A stretch of 61,050 nt of DNA from a virus (taxonomy: Duplodnaviria; Caudoviricetes). Position 1 is the first letter of the stretch, and each line of letters begins with the position of its first letter. The translations under genes were made by a program, and so were the position numbers. Of the stretch, positions 8,949-18,034 are shown piece after piece. The notes below the pieces were generated by a model that was not told the DNA's origin, ran no database searches, and saw nothing but the letters and a program-made list of their open reading frames with translations. The stretch covers positions 1 through 61,050 of the IMG/VR virus record IMGVR_UViG_3300032288_004306, one strand, 5' to 3'.

Positions 8949-9146
8949 CTATCTTTTACGTTGCATCTCTAGCATCTTCATTTTTTCGTTCTGTTCTTTT
9001 ATCATTTCCTGCAACATCGTAACATAAATCTGTTTTTCCCACGGTATCAAATTCTCTAGTTCAGTCAAAGAGTATTTGTGATGTTGTATCAGTGAAAAAT
9101 TAGTTGTATAGTAATTTTTCAAATTATCATAACCAAATATTAGTCG
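8949..9146 (-). CDS. 51: gp51-like baseplate hub assembly domain, probably made as a -1 frameshift extension of gp26 (not in ORF track)
   Basis: Manual translation RLIFGYDNLKNYYTTNFSLIQHHKYSLTELENLIPWEKQIYVTMLQEMIKEQNEKMKMLEMQRKR*; matches the gp51 motif NYY.TNF.L.QHHKYSL.E.EN..PWE..IY; no in-frame ATG ahead of the conserved core. Confidence 0.85.
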   Translation of the reverse strand, partial: RLIFGYDNLKNYYTTNFSLIQHHKYSLTELENLIPWEKQIYVTMLQEMIKEQNEKMKMLEMQRKR

Positions 9147-9859
9147 AAAAAACTTAGAATGCCCTCCACGTTTACGTTATGCACAAATCCACATTTACCA
9201 CAAGCGAGTTCTTGCTCTAAAATAACTCTCGGACTTGTCAAGAAAAACTGTTTAATATTCTGCACCTGATCAATAGTTAAGTTGTCGAAGAATGTCATTA
9301 GTTCTTCTTTCGAAACCATCTTCTTCTCATAAATTTGATCTTCGTCATAAATGTAATCAAGATATTCAGCAATCACTTCGTAACCGCCATCCTCAAACTT
9401 ATCATTCAATGCTGCTTCAGGAATTGTGATCGAAGGATAGTTAAACTTAACTCCGATGTTTTCCGTCAATTTAACAATGTTTGTATGACCCTCTGTTTCA
9501 GCATATCTAATGTTTTTTAGAAGAAGATCAAATTCTGTTTTATGACCACATGGTTGATCTTCAACAACGTTGTTGCAAGTATAAATCATTTGAGCAGTTT
9601 CACCAACTGAATTAATTCTCAAATGTAAGAAAAACATCTCAACGTCAAAGGTTGGTAAACTGTCCACATCAAGATCATCTAAACAACAATTTGTAATAAT
9701 CTGTTTAATTGTTGATGTGATTTCTCTCAAATCCTCTGACTCTTTTGCCATTAAAAGAAGTTTTTCTTCTTTCACTAGAAATGGACGAAAACGAACTTTT
9801 TTATCTAATGACTTCAAATACACTTCATGTATAGGGTGTTCAATTTTTGGTAAAGGCAT
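9140..9859 (-). CDS. 26: Baseplate hub assembly protein gp26
   Basis: MPLPKI, RFRPFLVKEEKLLLMA.ES, FDVE..FL.LR..SVGE, two Cys pairs, C-terminal EGI.SFF. Confidence 0.92.
   Translation of the reverse strand: MPLPKIEHPIHEVYLKSLDKKVRFRPFLVKEEKLLLMAKESEDLREITSTIKQIITNCCLDDLDVDSLPTFDVEMFFLHLRINSVGETAQMIYTCNNVVEDQPCGHKTEFDLLLKNIRYAETEGHTNIVKLTENIGVKFNYPSITIPEAALNDKFEDGGYEVIAEYLDYIYDEDQIYEKKMVSKEELMTFFDNLTIDQVQNIKQFFLTSPRVILEQELACGKCGFVHNVNVEGILSFFD
9146..9167 (-). promoter_or_regulatory. Putative -1 programmed frameshift signal (internal SD plus slippery heptamer)
   Basis: Minus strand GGAGGG-cattctaag-T TTT TTC: an X XXY YYZ heptamer in the gp26 frame, one codon before the stop, with an SD-like element 9 nt upstream. 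Confidence 0.7.
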
Positions 9860-9877
9860 AATTTACTCCATCAAATA

Positions 9878-10753
9878 TCAACTAAAATCTCCACTAGCAC
9901 CAGCACCAGCAAATTTTCCACCGCCAGGATTAATCGGACTTGGTCTTACGGTTTGCGGTATGATTGTTGGTCGACCATCAGATACTGGTGGTGTGGAACC
10001 AGATGCTGACGATGTTCTACCAGATTGAGTTGCTGTTGAAGTTGCTGTTGGATTTGGTCGTGCAGACTGTTCTAATTCACCAGTTATCCAGTATTCATAT
10101 CTAAAAGTCACAGCGAGGCGATGAATGCTATCATCAGCCCAATTCATATTCATTGGAGCGATCGCTGTCGGAAATGCTCCGAAAAAAGAAACTTTATAGA
10201 TGACAGAAGTAGGTTCATAAATTGGCACAGCTGCTCTCGCACGCGCTGCTTTTTCATCTATTCCAAGACTTCCAAAATTAGCAGCTGATGTATCTCGAGC
10301 AATGCCAAGGCTTCCAGGTGCAGCTGTTTTTGAATCTCGTGCGATACCTAAACCTGCGTTTTCTATAGAAACTTCAGAGAATTGATTAATCTCAATTTTA
10401 GGAGACGTATAAGAATCTTTATAATTTGGATTATAGTTATTGATTGGAATAACTAAATTCATCCAACGATCAAAGAGTTTCTTTTCCCAAAAATCTCCTG
10501 TGCATACAAACGTGAGTGTTAAGTCGGCAAAGGTTGGGAATGTCGCAACTGGATTAGCAACGCCATAGTAACGACCATCAACCGTATTAACTGTGTAACC
10601 TGGTAATTCTGTGGCTTCACACTGAAAGCGAAGATCAGACGCATTTATCCCCAATCCTGGTGGAGCGATGATTCGAACATCAAACTTGGAAGTTTTTGCA
10701 AAATCATCATGTTTTGCGAAATGTGAACGAAATGTGTCTACATTAAATGCCAT
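9878..10753 (-). CDS. 54: Tail tube initiator gp54 (gp19-like fold)
   Basis: L.F.CEATELPG, LTLTF, FDRWM, AFPTAIAPMNMNWADD.IHRLAVTF.Y.YW. Confidence 0.75.
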   Translation of the reverse strand: MAFNVDTFRSHFAKHDDFAKTSKFDVRIIAPPGLGINASDLRFQCEATELPGYTVNTVDGRYYGVANPVATFPTFADLTLTFVCTGDFWEKKLFDRWMNLVIPINNYNPNYKDSYTSPKIEINQFSEVSIENAGLGIARDSKTAAPGSLGIARDTSAANFGSLGIDEKAARARAAVPIYEPTSVIYKVSFFGAFPTAIAPMNMNWADDSIHRLAVTFRYEYWITGELEQSARPNPTATSTATQSGRTSSASGSTPPVSDGRPTIIPQTVRPSPINPGGGKFAGAGASGDFS

Positions 10754-11301
10754 TAGTTATTATACACCATCTTTTGAAACGGAAGGAAAATTGCTGTTTC
10801 CCAATTAGCTGGTTCGACGTAAATGAGTGAAGATAATATATGCGTAAACAAATATCGCTTAATGCATGGCTCAATCAATTTGTATCGACGAGATTTAGAG
10901 AGCAAATCATATGACAATCTAAATTTTGTCGTATCGTCATATTTATCGTTGTTTACGAAATCGTTTAGTTTGTCTAACAATGCTAATCTAGAATACGGAT
11001 CGAGATAGTGAAGATTTAATCCTAGAAATCCATCTGAGTAAATCTCCATCGGAATCACCAACGGAAACTTATCCCAAACTGGAAGAGTATCTTTATATTT
11101 CGGATCGTAATGATAGAAGTACATGCGACCTACGAATGCTCTCGGAGATACTCGGCGAGCATCGTTTAGAATATTCGAACGATTTGCTGGCATGCGAAGT
11201 TTTCCAAGATTACTTGCAAGCCATGCGCGAGCTTCTCCTGAACGAGGGGAGATTCCTGCGGTTCGAAGATCTGCCGAGACTTTATCGAATAGTGATGCCA
11301 T
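10753..11301 (-). CDS. 2: DNA end protector gp2
   Basis: GRMYFY.YDPKYK.TLP.WDKFPLV, GFLGLNLHYL, PCIKRYL, WETAIFLP. Confidence 0.92.
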   Translation of the reverse strand: MASLFDKVSADLRTAGISPRSGEARAWLASNLGKLRMPANRSNILNDARRVSPRAFVGRMYFYHYDPKYKDTLPVWDKFPLVIPMEIYSDGFLGLNLHYLDPYSRLALLDKLNDFVNNDKYDDTTKFRLSYDLLSKSRRYKLIEPCIKRYLFTHILSSLIYVEPANWETAIFLPFQKMVYNN

Positions 11302-11735
11302 TAGATTCCTAAATCTTCTTCTGTTATAACTTTAAACTGCCAACTGCGATCTTTACAATACTCAACTGCAGCCTTCCATTTGGCTTCGTTCACACCCCAT
11401 TGCATCACTTCGTTGATATATCTTCGAGTGATCTTACTCTTTTTCACTGGGGGTTGTGCCTGACTCTTAGGTTTTACCTCAAGAATCATTGCCTCTGTAA
11501 TGCCAGATCTGTTCTTTACACGAACAAAGAAGTCTGGGAAATACCGATGCCATCGATTATCCACAGGCGATAAATATGGAATCACGATCTCTTCATTTGA
11601 CCATTCAATTACGTTTGGGTTCGAATCAAGGTGCACCATGACTCGGCGTTCCCATAATGAACGATACCAAATGTTCGTCGGATCACCTAAATATTTATTG
11701 GTATTTTTAGGACTAAATTTGCCACTGTATGCCAT
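11301..11735 (-). CDS. 4: Head completion nuclease gp4
   Basis: MAYSGKF.PKN..KY.GDP..I.YRSLWE, HRYFPDF, EVKP, N.AKW.AA, F.VITE. Confidence 0.95.
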   Translation of the reverse strand: MAYSGKFSPKNTNKYLGDPTNIWYRSLWERRVMVHLDSNPNVIEWSNEEIVIPYLSPVDNRWHRYFPDFFVRVKNRSGITEAMILEVKPKSQAQPPVKKSKITRRYINEVMQWGVNEAKWKAAVEYCKDRSWQFKVITEEDLGI

Positions 11736-11739
11736 CTCT

Positions 11740-11747
11740 TATTTATA
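11740..11747 (-). promoter_or_regulatory. T4-type late promoter (gp55-dependent)
   Basis: TATAAATA on the minus strand, 4 nt upstream of the gp4 ATG. Confidence 0.8.
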
Positions 11748-11757
11748 GGAACATTTA

Positions 11758-12966
11758 ATGGCTCAACAATCTGTAGTCAGCCAACCAGTTGTCGTAAAAT
11801 CAAACGCACAGACTCCTTCTCCCACGAATGGAAGTCAAAGAAAGACAACTGGTCCGCAAAGCAAGACTGAAGGTACACCATTTGAGTTTAACGATCTTCG
11901 GTTTCCATTAAATGTGGGTACAGTAGATAAACATCTTCATTGGATTAAATTTATCCCAACTGTTCAGAATAAGTCTAGTTATAACGTTAAAAAGGCTCAA
12001 GGTACTAGTGGTGGAGAAGTGTTGAGTCGAGTGGATGGAAACAGGCTTGGCGGTCCTCAACTCGGTAGATCTACAGATCCATTAAATGGTGCTGTCGCTG
12101 CTGGTGTTCTTGGAACAGGTTTAGGAGTTCTTGGTGCAGTTTCTGCTGCAGCTGATGCATTAAGTGATCCTACACGCGCAGCCTCTTTTGGTACTGCTGC
12201 AATCGGCGGTGGTGTTGGTGGTGCTGTGGTTGGAGCATTTGCTGGTGCAGTGGTTGGCTCAATTGATTTGACTCGTAAGACTCGTAGAGCTGCAGGTTCA
12301 ATTGGTCTGTATATGCCAGATACTGTAAACCAAACCGTTGTTAACGATTATGATCAGGTCAGTTTGACTCAAGCACTCGGAACTGCAGGCTTGGTGATGC
12401 AGGCTGGTGGAAGTTTAATTGACGATATTAAAAATAGCAATATCACAAACATCGGTCAAACGCTTGGCTCCTCTGTCGGTGGCGCAGAAATTAAAGGTGC
12501 ACTCGCCGAAAAAACTGGCGCATTTGGGCAGGGTATCACAGACGTTCTTTTATTCTCTGCTGGTTATGCACAAAACCCTCAAGTTGAATTGCTCTTCAAG
12601 ACGATTCAAAACCGCGAGTTTCTTTTCGACTTTAAATTTGTTCCTCGCAATAAAAAAGAAGCAGAAGAAATTATTAAGATTATTCAAGCATTTAGATTCT
12701 TTGCTGCGCCAGAAATTCCAACGACAGGCGGTGGTCGTTATTTCGTACCTCCATCTGAGTTTGACATCGTTTTCATGCTAGGATCATTGAGAAACCCAAA
12801 CCTTCCGCAATTATCAACATGCGTTCTTCAAGGTATCGATGTAAACTACGGTAGTGCTGGACAGTGGACTGCATTTAAAGATGGTATGCCAGTAGAAATT
12901 TCGATGCAACTTCGATTTAAGGAAGTCGAAATTATGCACAAAGAACTTGTACGACAGGGCTACTAA
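11758..12966 (+). CDS. 48: Baseplate tail tube cap gp48
   Basis: I.LYMP, NPQVELLFK....R.F.F.FKF.PRN..EA, P.EFDI, CVL..IDVNY, G.PV....L.F.E. Confidence 0.9.
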   Translation: MAQQSVVSQPVVVKSNAQTPSPTNGSQRKTTGPQSKTEGTPFEFNDLRFPLNVGTVDKHLHWIKFIPTVQNKSSYNVKKAQGTSGGEVLSRVDGNRLGGPQLGRSTDPLNGAVAAGVLGTGLGVLGAVSAAADALSDPTRAASFGTAAIGGGVGGAVVGAFAGAVVGSIDLTRKTRRAAGSIGLYMPDTVNQTVVNDYDQVSLTQALGTAGLVMQAGGSLIDDIKNSNITNIGQTLGSSVGGAEIKGALAEKTGAFGQGITDVLLFSAGYAQNPQVELLFKTIQNREFLFDFKFVPRNKKEAEEIIKIIQAFRFFAAPEIPTTGGGRYFVPPSEFDIVFMLGSLRNPNLPQLSTCVLQGIDVNYGSAGQWTAFKDGMPVEISMQLRFKEVEIMHKELVRQGY

Positions 12967-13640
12967 TGAAATACTTCGAGAGTTTTCCGCTAACACGATT
13001 TACGTTAGATACAAACAATTTCTCACCGCAGTTGGTGACGAATATTCTTGCGCGTTCAACTTTCCTTCGAGAAATCGCAAACAATACCTCTATTGCATAC
13101 GAATACTCTGTAAAAGAAAGCGACACGCCAGAGATTCTAGCGTATAAAGTTTATGGTGACGCATATCGAAATTGGATTATTCTTTTGTTTAACAATATTA
13201 TTAATCCATTTTATGATTGGCCACTTAAAACTGATGCATTAAATAATTATATTCTCGAAAAATATAATCAAGATATCGATGCTGCTCGAACAACAATTCA
13301 TCATTATGAAAAAGAAACAACTAAAAAGTCTGTGTATAACGGATTACTAATTGATGAGCAAGTTGACACGCAGATTATATCAGAATATCAATTGAATTAT
13401 ACTACAGGAGTAATTACTCCAACTGCTCTTCCAAGTACTGCCGATACATCAATAGCAGTTAGCACGGAAATAGTAACATATCCAACTTATACGTTGACAA
13501 TTGATATTGTGCACAAAGCAGTATCCAACTACACATATGAATTTAACGAGAACGAAAAAAGAAGAAAGATTAAACTTCTTGATGAAAAGTACGTTCAACG
13601 AGTTGAAGATGAATTTAGGAATTTGATGCTCAATGGCTGA
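12966..13640 (+). CDS. 53: Baseplate wedge subunit gp53
   Basis: YFESFP, DTPEILAYKVYGD....WIILL.NNI.NP.YDWP, IHHYE, NE.RRKIKLL. Confidence 0.92.
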   Translation: MKYFESFPLTRFTLDTNNFSPQLVTNILARSTFLREIANNTSIAYEYSVKESDTPEILAYKVYGDAYRNWIILLFNNIINPFYDWPLKTDALNNYILEKYNQDIDAARTTIHHYEKETTKKSVYNGLLIDEQVDTQIISEYQLNYTTGVITPTALPSTADTSIAVSTEIVTYPTYTLTIDIVHKAVSNYTYEFNENEKRRKIKLLDEKYVQRVEDEFRNLMLNG

Positions 13641-14928
13641 TAATAATGGCGTTTATAATTCAAAAGATTATGAGATCAAGAAACTAGAATTAATTAATTC
13701 TGGCGGACAGACGATCGATCTTCGTAATATTTTTGTGGAAATGCAAATTTTCCAAGACATCTATTCATCCGTGATGAATGGAAATATGCTAATCAACGAC
13801 GGTAATGATACCTTCAGCAATTTTTACATGTGCGGTAATGAGTATTTGCAAATCAGTATTGATAAGCCAGGACTAAATCGCCCATTGGAAAGAATGTTTC
13901 GAGTTTATAAAACCACTGATCGCCGACCATCAAGCGATTCTGGTCAAGTTTATGTCCTACATTTTTGCTCTGATGAATTATTATCCTCAGAATCTCTTGT
14001 TGTAAGTAAAGCGTACAAAACAACTAAAATTAAAGATGTTGTTTCTGATATTCTATTAAACGAATTAAATGTCGACCCGCAAAGAATTGCAAGTTTAGAA
14101 AATACTTCTGGATCATTCGATTTAATTATTCCAGGGTATCGTCCGTTTGAAGCCATTCAATGGGTAACTGCTCGCGGATACGATCAAAAGAAATTTTGCT
14201 ATTTCTTTTTTGAGAATAAGAATGGGTTTAATCTAATGTCATTGCAAACGATGATTAAACAAAAGCCATATAAGAAACTCAAATACGAACTTAAAAATAC
14301 GCAAAGTGATCCTGCATTGAATAAGGATTCAATTGACAATTTTAATATTATAAATGATTTTGATATGATTACTTCTATTTCAAATGGATCGTTTTCTTCT
14401 CGATTACTTTCTATTGATATATTTTCTCAAAAGTTTGAGAATATTGACTATAATCTATTAATGGCAGAAACACAGGGTAATTTAATTAACAAATATAAAC
14501 CTGTGAACTCTTTTAAGAACTCTAAGAATCAAACGCTATTTAATTCTCCTTATGCATTCTTTCGAACATATTTGAGTATTAATGACACAGCATCAGAGAA
14601 AAGCAACGATATTAAATACTGGATGCAACCAAGAGCAATGCATATGTCATTGCTTAATCACTTTAGAATTCAAATCACAATTCCAGGTGATATAGAATTA
14701 AAAGCTGGCGACATTGTTGAATACGAATTTCCTGCGTTTGAGAGTGCAGAAACTGGCGGTAAAAAACTTGATAAGGCAAGAACTGGAAAATATCTCGTTG
14801 CTTCTATCAACCATAAATTCAATGGCGATACATATGAATCGATTGTAGAGTTGGTTGCTGATTCATTCTCAGAAGCAATTCCTGCAGCCAAAGATGGATT
14901 GAATAAATTAACCAAGAAAGGTAAATGA
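13633..14928 (+). CDS. Baseplate hub protein (gp27-like)
   Basis: Lies between gp53 and gp5; IFQDI.S..M.G, IIP..RPFEAI.W, FFFEN..GFN, I.IPGD..L.AGD.V, GKYLV..I.H. Confidence 0.75.
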   Translation: MADNNGVYNSKDYEIKKLELINSGGQTIDLRNIFVEMQIFQDIYSSVMNGNMLINDGNDTFSNFYMCGNEYLQISIDKPGLNRPLERMFRVYKTTDRRPSSDSGQVYVLHFCSDELLSSESLVVSKAYKTTKIKDVVSDILLNELNVDPQRIASLENTSGSFDLIIPGYRPFEAIQWVTARGYDQKKFCYFFFENKNGFNLMSLQTMIKQKPYKKLKYELKNTQSDPALNKDSIDNFNIINDFDMITSISNGSFSSRLLSIDIFSQKFENIDYNLLMAETQGNLINKYKPVNSFKNSKNQTLFNSPYAFFRTYLSINDTASEKSNDIKYWMQPRAMHMSLLNHFRIQITIPGDIELKAGDIVEYEFPAFESAETGGKKLDKARTGKYLVASINHKFNGDTYESIVELVADSFSEAIPAAKDGLNKLTKKGK

Positions 14929-14930
14929 TT

Positions 14931-15176
14931 ATGAAGAAGGTATATAAATTTTCAGCAACATGGTGTCCACCTTGTAAACGACTATCTGAAAATCTTCGAG
15001 ATGTTGAATCGCCGATTCAAATTGAAGAAATTGATATAGATCAAAATAACGAGTTACCAAGAAAATTTAACATTCATGGAATACCAACTATGGTTATTGT
15101 TGAAAATGATATCGAATTAAAAAGAAAAAGCGGTCCTATGACAGCAAAAGAATATTTGGAATGGGTTAACAGTTAA
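14931..15176 (+). CDS. Thioredoxin (copy 1, WCPPC)
   Basis: KFSATWCPPCK...IHGIPT (cis-Pro motif). Confidence 0.9.
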   Translation: MKKVYKFSATWCPPCKRLSENLRDVESPIQIEEIDIDQNNELPRKFNIHGIPTMVIVENDIELKRKSGPMTAKEYLEWVNS

Positions 15177-15231
15177 TGCCAAGAGAAATTCCTGTAGCCA
15201 AAGATAGATTAAATAAGAAGGGTAAATGATT

Positions 15232-15477
15232 ATGAAAAAGATTTATAAATTTTCTGCATCATGGTGTGGTCCTTGTAAGATGTTATCTAAGACTCTTTCA
15301 ACGGTTGAATCACCAGTTGAAATTGAGGAAGTGGACATTGATGCAAACCCAACATTGACGCAACAATATCGAATTCGTGGTGTTCCGACTCTCGTATTAG
15401 TTGATGGCGATACAGAAGTCAAAAGAAAAACTGGAGTAATGTCTTCAGCTGATTACTTGGCGTGGGTTAGTGAGTAA
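15232..15477 (+). CDS. Thioredoxin (copy 2, WCGPC)
   Basis: KFSASWCGPCK...IRGVPT. Confidence 0.92.
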   Translation: MKKIYKFSASWCGPCKMLSKTLSTVESPVEIEEVDIDANPTLTQQYRIRGVPTLVLVDGDTEVKRKTGVMSSADYLAWVSE

Positions 15478-17126
15478 TGCCAGGAGCAAAGAAAAATTTT
15501 ATTGGACTTGAGGGGTTCATCTGGTGGATTGGCGTCGTTGAAGATCGCCAAGATCCAGAACAACTCGGTCGCGTTCGTGTGCGTTGTTTCGGCTGGCACA
15601 CGGATGAAAAAGATAAAATTCCAACAGAGCAATTACCTTGGGCGCATCCAGTAATTCCTGTTAATAATCCAAATGCGTATACACCAAAAGAAGGTGATAT
15701 GGTGTTTGGTTTTTTCATCGATGGTGATAATGCTCAGAATCCTGCAATCATGGGTGTGCTTCCTGGCAAGCCTGAAAAGAAACCTAACTATGCAAAAGGT
15801 TTTTCAGACCCAGGAAAAGATCTCGGTAAAAGACCAAAGAAGCCTGATGATCAATCGGAACAATACCCAAAAGCCAAATATCTTCGAGAACAAACTACAA
15901 ATAGACTTTCTCGTGGTAAAGCAGAAGGCACTATTATTGCTACAAGAAAAAAGAATCTCAAGAAAAATATCAAGTCTGCTGGTGGTGTAACATGGAGCGA
16001 GCCAAATCCTCCATTTAAACCAACTTATCCATATAATAATGCTCTCGAGACTGAATCAGGTCATGCATTAGAGTTCGATGATACACCTGGACAAGAAAGA
16101 GTTCACATCGCACATAAGAAAGGTGCGTATATCGAGTTCGATAAAGACGGAACTAAATTAGAGCGAGTTCAAAAAGATAATTATACTGTGATTATGGGTG
16201 ACGATTTTATCTATGTTAAAGGTAAAGCAGTCATTACAGTCGATGGAAATTTTAATCTTCGAACTTCTACAATTAATATTGAAGCCGCAGCAATCAATAT
16301 GGCTTCAGATGGACCAATTAAAATAAAAGGAAGTGCCGTTAATATTGAAGCCACAGGTGCAATGAATTTGAAGGCTGGTGGAGTTGGCAACTTTACTTCT
16401 GGTGGCAAACTTTCTCTTAAAGGATCGACAGCAGCTCTTGCAGGAGCAACAGTTGACATTCCTGCTGCCAAAATTGGTCTGCAATCAGGTTCCGCATCTA
16501 CAGCCTCTGGTGCTGGTATTAAGGGTGGTGGCACTTCACCTTCTGCAGAAGAACAGGCAGAGGCTGCTAATACCGCAGCTGCAGCAGCTAACACTTCATC
16601 AAATACTGCGGCGACTGCCAATGCTGTTTCAACTACAGGAACGTCAACATCTGCCAATGGAACATCTGGTGGTCTAGAAGAAGTTTCTGTCACAGGTAAG
16701 AAAATTGATGCATCAAATAATGCAACAAAAACTGCATTTGGTAAGGTAGTGGATGGAATTTCTTCAACGGTTGGTGGAGTTGTTTCCACAATCGGTGGCG
16801 CAGCTGATTCAATTATTAAAGATTTTACTGGCAATACACCACTCGGTGAATTGACTTCGAAGATTGACACATTTGCAAGTAGCGTAGATGATAATAAGGG
16901 TCTAATTCTGGGTCTCAAGTCTGATCTTAAAAATGGATTACTCAATAAAATTGACCAAGTGGCAACTGGAGCTGCGGATAGAAATATTGATTTCTCTATT
17001 GATTCATCTATAACAAGCGAAATTAATAAATTAAAAAATGGAACAGCAAATACTGTGCAGGTTGTTATGGGTAAGAGAATTTATCCTAAAACAGAAACAA
17101 TAACGGCTAACACAAGTGGTGGATAA
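15477..17126 (+). CDS. 5: Baseplate central spike gp5 (OB fold plus beta-helix, no lysozyme domain, C-terminal extension)
   Basis: WWIGVVEDRQDP..LGRVRVRCFG.H, LPWA, YPYN...ETESGH..EFDDTPG.ER. Confidence 0.92.
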   Translation: MPGAKKNFIGLEGFIWWIGVVEDRQDPEQLGRVRVRCFGWHTDEKDKIPTEQLPWAHPVIPVNNPNAYTPKEGDMVFGFFIDGDNAQNPAIMGVLPGKPEKKPNYAKGFSDPGKDLGKRPKKPDDQSEQYPKAKYLREQTTNRLSRGKAEGTIIATRKKNLKKNIKSAGGVTWSEPNPPFKPTYPYNNALETESGHALEFDDTPGQERVHIAHKKGAYIEFDKDGTKLERVQKDNYTVIMGDDFIYVKGKAVITVDGNFNLRTSTINIEAAAINMASDGPIKIKGSAVNIEATGAMNLKAGGVGNFTSGGKLSLKGSTAALAGATVDIPAAKIGLQSGSASTASGAGIKGGGTSPSAEEQAEAANTAAAAANTSSNTAATANAVSTTGTSTSANGTSGGLEEVSVTGKKIDASNNATKTAFGKVVDGISSTVGGVVSTIGGAADSIIKDFTGNTPLGELTSKIDTFASSVDDNKGLILGLKSDLKNGLLNKIDQVATGAADRNIDFSIDSSITSEINKLKNGTANTVQVVMGKRIYPKTETITANTSGG

Positions 17127-17128
17127 CT

Positions 17129-18034
17129 ATGGCGATCTCAGAAGCACGTGCAAAAATAATCGCAAGAATTGAAGCAAAACTTTTAGATAAGATCAATGAC
17201 ATGAAAACTAATGGTGGCACCTTTTTGCAGCAAACACCGACGGTTACAGTCGGTGGACTTCCAGTCGCAATAAGAATCGGTGGAACTGGAGCATTGGGCT
17301 CGCTCGGACAAGCATTAAATTCAGTTACCGCTGTTGTACAAGCTGCAGGAGATATTGCAAGTCTCGTTCAAAATCCAATGGCTCTCGTAGAATCTGCTGT
17401 CGGAAGTGCTATCTCTGGAGTCTCGTCTCAAATATCGGGAATTGCAGGACAACTTACTGGTGGTCAATTAAGTCAGTTGAGCGGCATTGTTTCGAATTTT
17501 AATACTGCATTATCTGATTTTCAAGCCCACACTTCGAATCTTTCTGGATTATCTTCCGCAATCAGTGATACTGTCGCTGATTTTAATAAAATAACAGATT
17601 TAGGCAATACAATTACAGGCTTGGGTTCGGACACCAGAGATTCTTTTATACAAAACACTGCTTCTGCTCTATATTCTGATACAAAATTAAACGATATTAA
17701 AGACACTTTAAATATCACCGTTCTTAATAAGATCGATTTGATTAAGCGACAAGATGCGAATACAGTTGCTGGGCAAACCGCAATTTCTACCTATGTAACC
17801 GAGATCTCTACCTTACTAAATAATCAGAAGAATACAGTAAGCGATATTGTAACAACCGACACGCATAACTTCAATGAGGCTGGAAATAATGTAACAGCCT
17901 CAACCTCTGTCATAGATTTAGCAGAACAATTTGCAGATACAACCAGCATGCAATATGTACTATTAAATCGTGTTGGGAAAGACTCTACAATTTCTGCTTT
18001 TAACACTGCACTTACGGATACAGCAACAGAATGA
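17129..18034 (+). CDS. Hypothetical virion protein at the gp5.4/PAAR position
   Basis: Located between gp5 and gp25; TPTVTVGGLPVAIRIG resembles one PAAR repeat; the rest is Ser/Ala/Gly-rich and predicted helical. Confidence 0.5.
   Translation: MAISEARAKIIARIEAKLLDKINDMKTNGGTFLQQTPTVTVGGLPVAIRIGGTGALGSLGQALNSVTAVVQAAGDIASLVQNPMALVESAVGSAISGVSSQISGIAGQLTGGQLSQLSGIVSNFNTALSDFQAHTSNLSGLSSAISDTVADFNKITDLGNTITGLGSDTRDSFIQNTASALYSDTKLNDIKDTLNITVLNKIDLIKRQDANTVAGQTAISTYVTEISTLLNNQKNTVSDIVTTDTHNFNEAGNNVTASTSVIDLAEQFADTTSMQYVLLNRVGKDSTISAFNTALTDTATE

Larger units (their letters stand above)
14877..15477 (+). repeat. Diverged tandem duplication (about 300-bp unit: hub-gene 3' end plus thioredoxin)
   Basis: AATTCCTGCAGCCAAAGATGGATTGAATAA...AAGAAAGGTAAATGATTATGAAGAAG (14877) versus AATTCCTGTAGCCAAAGATAGATTAAATAAGAAGGGTAAATGATTATGAAAAAG (15187). 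Confidence 0.85.

Noticed and set aside
16211-16945. 244-aa antisense ORF within gp5, and other short overlapping ORFs in the track
   Set aside because: Antisense to well-supported genes and explained by codon bias
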